This document shows, piece by piece, positions 59,525 to 64,000 of a DNA stretch of 64,000 nucleotides; positions within the stretch are counted from its first letter, which is position 1, and each line of letters begins with the position of its first letter. This DNA is from Candidatus Velesiimonas alkalicola (GTDB taxonomy: Bacteria > Omnitrophota > Gorgyraeia > Velesiimonadales > Velesiimonadaceae). The stretch is from NCBI GenBank assembly GCA_013626165.1, contig NDHX01000002.1:639-64638 (forward strand), in the 5' to 3' direction. The notes beneath the pieces were generated by a model, which had not been told where the DNA came from, ran no database searches, and saw only the letters and a program-made list of their open reading frames with translations. The position numbers were made by a program, and so were the translations under genes.

Positions 59525-59659
59525 CTTCTATCTTTGTTATACTTTATATTCCATTGCTGTCTGACATTGAAAAATAATCGCCATCGCATAATAAGTTATA
59601 GATTGGAACCCTGTTCACTTCTTTTAACTGTATTGTTCGTATAACCCTTTCCTTTTTTG

Positions 59660-62600
59660 TCATATTTGTTTTTCTTTTATAATAATCTCCGGTCTGCTCA
59701 TCAATCCGCAGGGAACAGTTTGATAGCCTTCAAACCAATCCTTCCCCTCGGCAACAAAAGAACCGGGTCCTGTCCAGATTGGCCATTTTTCTGATAAATG
59801 TAGTGGCCCATGGGAATTTCGTCTATGCCCTAAAACTTCTATTGTTAAAACAACTTCTTGTTTGCCCCTAACATAGTTGGTTATATCCAACTGATTGGGT
59901 TGCCATCCAATAACACCTGCGCCTTTCCCATCTACAAGTATCCTGATTCCAGCCCCTCTATAATCTGAAATATTAACAAAAATCCGCTGATTTTCTTTCA
60001 AATCCCGGATTATTTTGCAAGTATAACCTATATTGCCGGAATAAAATGGGAGCCCTTGTTCTGTCCAATCACCTATTTTTAAAAAACCCACAGGTTCGCA
60101 AAGAATAACCTGTTTTCCCTTAATTTTTACACCAAAATCTCCGAGTATATAGACTATCTCAAGTCCCGGATGGTTTTCATTGTAGTTACATTCTAAAAGA
60201 ACCTCGTTTCTGCCAGCACGCAAGATGCTTGAATTAAATTTTAAAGTTTTTAAGGATTTATCCACCCACCATCCGTTTTCTAATTTAGCTAAAATCTTAG
60301 AGCCATTTATCTTTATTTTAAAAAATTCCGGTTTTTCTATTGCAAGCGATATTTCTCCGGATGGAATTTTTTCTATATCAAATAAATATTTTAAAGTAAC
60401 AGGCGCATTTCTGGGGTTTTTGTTCTTTTTTCTTGCCCAGGGTTGAACCATCGCTCCACCTCTTTCTTTAATAGAAAGGTGTTGTCTTACAGTTTTATCT
60501 ATACGAAGTATTTCTTCTTGTTTCCATTTTCCATTACCTATTTTATAAAAGGGCCTGTCAAGAACGCAAATGTTTGGCTCTGAAAGTTTTATTTCCCAGA
60601 TTTCCTTTTCTATCTTGAACCGATCTACTTCTTGAAGGTTTTCCTTGCCAGTTAAAAATGAGATTGCCTGTCCTTGCCCACCACAGGAAGAGCTCATATT
60701 TCTTGCAATGACAGTTTGTATCGTATCAGATTTTGGTATTATAAACAGCCTGCTTGCTATAGGTCCAAGGTCTGTCTTGATTTGGTAACCTGTGTCTGTT
60801 TTGATAGAGTTTGCCAAACATATATTCCCTGTTTCCGGGTCAAGTTCTATCGGCTGATGTTTCCACTCTGGCACTGCTTTTATTATCACTTCTGGAAATT
60901 CAATCAGCCTTTCTCTTGCAAGCGGACTTCTTGCGAAAACATCTTTATTATCCCAGTTCATACCTGTATTACAGACAAAAAGATAGAATGCTTCTTTATC
61001 TTCTCTTAAAAGATATATGGCGGGGTTTATTTCTTTGCCCTCTTTGTCTGTTATTGATATTTTTCTTGATGTTTTTTCAATCCTTGTTATTGCCTCTTTA
61101 AAAGAAGAAACATTTTCACAGGATTTGGCAAAATCATTCGCCTGCATAGAACAAACTGCATCCACATATTCAGGCGCTTTATCAACAAAAACAACCTGTC
61201 CGCCTGTCTGTTTAAATTTTTTAAGGAGTTTAATTGTTGAGCTTCTAATTGTATAAAGCGGTGGAACAAGAACTGCTTTGTATTTTGCTTTATTTACTAT
61301 AAGAACAGGCACACCATTTTTTTTTGATACTTTTGCCCATCTTGACAATATTTCCTCATCGCCATAGTCAAAGTCAATATGCGAGGAAAGAAGAGTGTCA
61401 CATAGTGTGGCGAACATTTCATCATATTCTTTTACTTTTGTGTCCTGTTTTTCTGTCTTTTTTTCAGTGTTCCATTTGGGCGCCTTGAAAATCGCCCACA
61501 TACTTTCTATAGGATGGACCACAAGAAGGTCTCTTACCTCTTCTCCTTTTGTCATAATTGAGTGGACCCTCGCAAAATAATCCTCAACTTTTGGATATGC
61601 ATCCCACCAGGGAGATTGATAGGAAATACTTGCCGGGTAATCTCTTTTTGCTTCTCCAAGCATTGTATAATAAGAAAGATGCTGGCAACGAAGATTAATG
61701 CCCAGAGCAACCTGCCAGTCCCCAAGCGCCTTATGCCCTATAAAGGGGAAGTCCCAACCGGTGCAACCATATGTTTCTGTTAGTCTCCATTTTCTTCCAA
61801 ACTGTCTTGCTACTGAACTAACCTGTTTTGCAGTATTGAAAATCCTCCAGTGTTCTGTAAGAAGATCCATACCCGGCGCCTGCATATATTCATAAAATCT
61901 TAAGGTGCTCCCAATCCATTGCACTTGGGAAGAAAGAAAATCTTCACAAAGAACATGACCCGTAAATAATATTTTATTTTTTTCGCACCACTGTCCAATC
62001 TGTTTTGCAAATGAATCTACAAAAAGAAAGGTAAGACAATCCCTGTAATGGTATCTTGCTTTTGAAATTTTTTGTCCTTCTATATCAAAATAAATCTCTG
62101 GTAGGTGGTCTAAAATATTATATCCATATCTTTTATGAAAAACTTCTGGCAGATGGTCCGTCCACGAAACCATAATATATCCTTCAGGAGCATCAGCCCC
62201 GGCCCAGTGAGCAAAGTTCAGACCGTAATGTGGTTCATCTGTAAAAATTCCAGGGATACTTAAACCAAAATGCCTGCCTGAATTTTTCTTATAGGCGTTA
62301 TGCGTAGTATTGATAAACTCTTTGACAGCTCCTGGGTTCATTGTGTCAAGATAAGTGTAGCCATTAAACCAGTCGCTTGGTTTTTCCTGTTCAATAGAAA
62401 AAATTAGCATTGTCTCAGATGGAGAAAGCGTTTTTATTTTTTTACCATTTTTAAGATAACTATATTTTTTTATAATTTCTCCTTTAAATTCAGCAATAAA
62501 TATTGCAATAACATTCTTTGTCCATTTAATTTTTTTAATATCTTTTGTCATTGCCATTACAAGATACCTCATCCTGTATTTGGAATTTTTTGTAACAAGC

Positions 62601-62884
62601 CCGCCTGCTGCGCCTGATGGCCATCTGTCCTCATCGTAAAGATAAGCCTTCATATTAAGTTTCTTTGCTTCATCAGCGCAAGTGTTTATACATTCAAACC
62701 ATTCTTTTGAAAGATACGACGTATCAAGTCCTACCCTTGAATGCATAAAAAATCCGCCAAGACCCATATGTTTCATAATCTGTATCTGCCGTCTTAATTC
62801 TTCCGGCTCTAATTTCCCATTCCACGACCAGAATGGTGCTCCCCGGTATTGGGAACCAGGATTTTTAAATTCCTTTAAGTCCAT
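59660..62884 (-). CDS. Glycoside hydrolase, GH106 alpha-L-rhamnosidase-like
   Basis: PFWSWNG, GGFFMHSR.GL, YDEDRWPSG.AGG, FTDEP, G.PFYSG. Confidence 0.85.
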   Translation of the reverse strand: MDLKEFKNPGSQYRGAPFWSWNGKLEPEELRRQIQIMKHMGLGGFFMHSRVGLDTSYLSKEWFECINTCADEAKKLNMKAYLYDEDRWPSGAAGGLVTKNSKYRMRYLVMAMTKDIKKIKWTKNVIAIFIAEFKGEIIKKYSYLKNGKKIKTLSPSETMLIFSIEQEKPSDWFNGYTYLDTMNPGAVKEFINTTHNAYKKNSGRHFGLSIPGIFTDEPHYGLNFAHWAGADAPEGYIMVSWTDHLPEVFHKRYGYNILDHLPEIYFDIEGQKISKARYHYRDCLTFLFVDSFAKQIGQWCEKNKILFTGHVLCEDFLSSQVQWIGSTLRFYEYMQAPGMDLLTEHWRIFNTAKQVSSVARQFGRKWRLTETYGCTGWDFPFIGHKALGDWQVALGINLRCQHLSYYTMLGEAKRDYPASISYQSPWWDAYPKVEDYFARVHSIMTKGEEVRDLLVVHPIESMWAIFKAPKWNTEKKTEKQDTKVKEYDEMFATLCDTLLSSHIDFDYGDEEILSRWAKVSKKNGVPVLIVNKAKYKAVLVPPLYTIRSSTIKLLKKFKQTGGQVVFVDKAPEYVDAVCSMQANDFAKSCENVSSFKEAITRIEKTSRKISITDKEGKEINPAIYLLREDKEAFYLFVCNTGMNWDNKDVFARSPLARERLIEFPEVIIKAVPEWKHQPIELDPETGNICLANSIKTDTGYQIKTDLGPIASRLFIIPKSDTIQTVIARNMSSSCGGQGQAISFLTGKENLQEVDRFKIEKEIWEIKLSEPNICVLDRPFYKIGNGKWKQEEILRIDKTVRQHLSIKERGGAMVQPWARKKNKNPRNAPVTLKYLFDIEKIPSGEISLAIEKPEFFKIKINGSKILAKLENGWWVDKSLKTLKFNSSILRAGRNEVLLECNYNENHPGLEIVYILGDFGVKIKGKQVILCEPVGFLKIGDWTEQGLPFYSGNIGYTCKIIRDLKENQRIFVNISDYRGAGIRILVDGKGAGVIGWQPNQLDITNYVRGKQEVVLTIEVLGHRRNSHGPLHLSEKWPIWTGPGSFVAEGKDWFEGYQTVPCGLMSRPEIIIKEKQI

Positions 62885-63004
62885 ACATTCCTCTTTTTAT
62901 ACGACCTGCTATTTATAAACTATTGACTACAAACTAAATTTTAGACTTTGGACCAAATTTTAACCAGTCACCTATCACCAGTTCTATTAGGGTTATACAG
63001 CAGG

Positions 63005-63673
63005 CTATTTATACATTTTTAACAAAAGTTTTCTATAGTCCTCTGCCTCTAAATTATCAATCCCCTTTACTTCTTTTGAAGTAAGATACCTTGGTTTTTT
63101 ACCGATAGAAAGTGTAATTAGTAAAAAACGGGCCGCATCTTCCAACACCAAACACCTGTAATACGCCTCTCTAAGGTTACAACCCACACAAACTGCCCCG
63201 TGATTTTTAAGAAGAACAGCGTTATACCCTTTTTTAATTTCTCCAGTAACAGATGCTCTAATTTTCTCACCCGCAGGTATTACATAATCTAAAACAGGAA
63301 CCTCGGAACTTAAAAGAGCAACAAAATCCGGAAAAAGCGCCTTAAATTCTACATCAGCGGTTGCCAGTGCTGTTGCAACAATGGGGTGCGTATGAATTAC
63401 CGCACTAATATCGGACCTACAAACATAACAACCGAGGTGCATAGAAACCTCACAGGTTGGTCTCAGTCCGTTGTTTTTACCTTTTTTCTTCCCTGTTTTT
63501 AAGTCTATTTTAACCCACTGATTGGTGTCAATTTCGGCAAGACTGAACCCGCTTGGGGAAAGATAAATGGTGCTACCCTGTTTTGCACTGATATTGCCAC
63601 CCGGACCTGCTGTAAGTCCCTTCTCTACAATCAATTTTCCATATTGTTCTAATTCTTGAATTATTTTATTCAT
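63005..63673 (-). CDS. Class II aldolase (L-fuculose/rhamnulose-phosphate aldolase family)
   Basis: GGNIS, P..E..MH, IHTH, LLKNHG. Confidence 0.9.
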   Translation of the reverse strand: MNKIIQELEQYGKLIVEKGLTAGPGGNISAKQGSTIYLSPSGFSLAEIDTNQWVKIDLKTGKKKGKNNGLRPTCEVSMHLGCYVCRSDISAVIHTHPIVATALATADVEFKALFPDFVALLSSEVPVLDYVIPAGEKIRASVTGEIKKGYNAVLLKNHGAVCVGCNLREAYYRCLVLEDAARFLLITLSIGKKPRYLTSKEVKGIDNLEAEDYRKLLLKMYK

Positions 63674-63739
63674 AATTAGTTTTTGTAATTTTATCACAAA
63701 CTCTGCCAGTACAATTGTAATATAATTACATAAAATTGA

Positions 63740-63885
63740 CTGGCGATCAATTCATTTCTTTAAACGCCGAACCGCATATCCTTATAGTATCTTCAATTAT
63801 TTTTTAGAATGGCTTGACAATAAAAGCTTTTCTCTAACTTGTAGAGATGTTGTCCTGCGATTTATCCCTATTGCAACTATACTTA
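63740..63885 (-). pseudogene. N-terminal remnant of glutamyl-tRNA reductase
   Basis: SIVAIGINRRTTSLQVREKL resembles the HemA start (GLNHKTAPVEIREKL); no start codon, early stop. Confidence 0.5.
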
Positions 63886-64000
63886 AATTTTACATTTTTA
63901 CTGTATTCTAAATCTTATAATGTTTTTATTTTTTCTTATTATTTTAAGTATTTTATCAACAACACTTTTTTTATGTATCCAATTACAACTCTGGCATGAC

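Overview
AT-rich 64 kb chromosomal segment of a diderm (LptD, MsbA, TPR and prepilin genes), probably anaerobic bacterium. Gene content resembles PVC-related candidate phyla such as Omnitrophota/Ratteibacteria, but that is inference only. The window spans the replication terminus: a 28-bp dif site at 43164-43191 coincides with a switch from almost all + strand to almost all - strand genes. It holds the tail of a polysaccharide locus, housekeeping genes (htpX, split fumarase, rdgB, udg, dnaK, yajC, secD, ilvBN, rng, rplU, rpmA, comEC, msbA, leuC, asd, rnfA, recJ, rpmB, lptD, cysS, birA, trpC), three tRNAs, an RNase P RNA lacking P13/P14, a restriction-modification island, a frameshifted RelE-type toxin with intact antitoxin, two GC-richer islands and many short gene remnants. 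The most unusual signal is a dense set of modular, nested palindromic repeats. One family has a 70-bp core present in both orientations inside same-direction flanks, plus a chimeric symmetric copy. Others are inserted in frame inside msbA and a glycoside hydrolase, or supply stop codons. No cognate transposase or recombinase is visible in the window. All calls are from reading the sequence by eye; no database searches were run.
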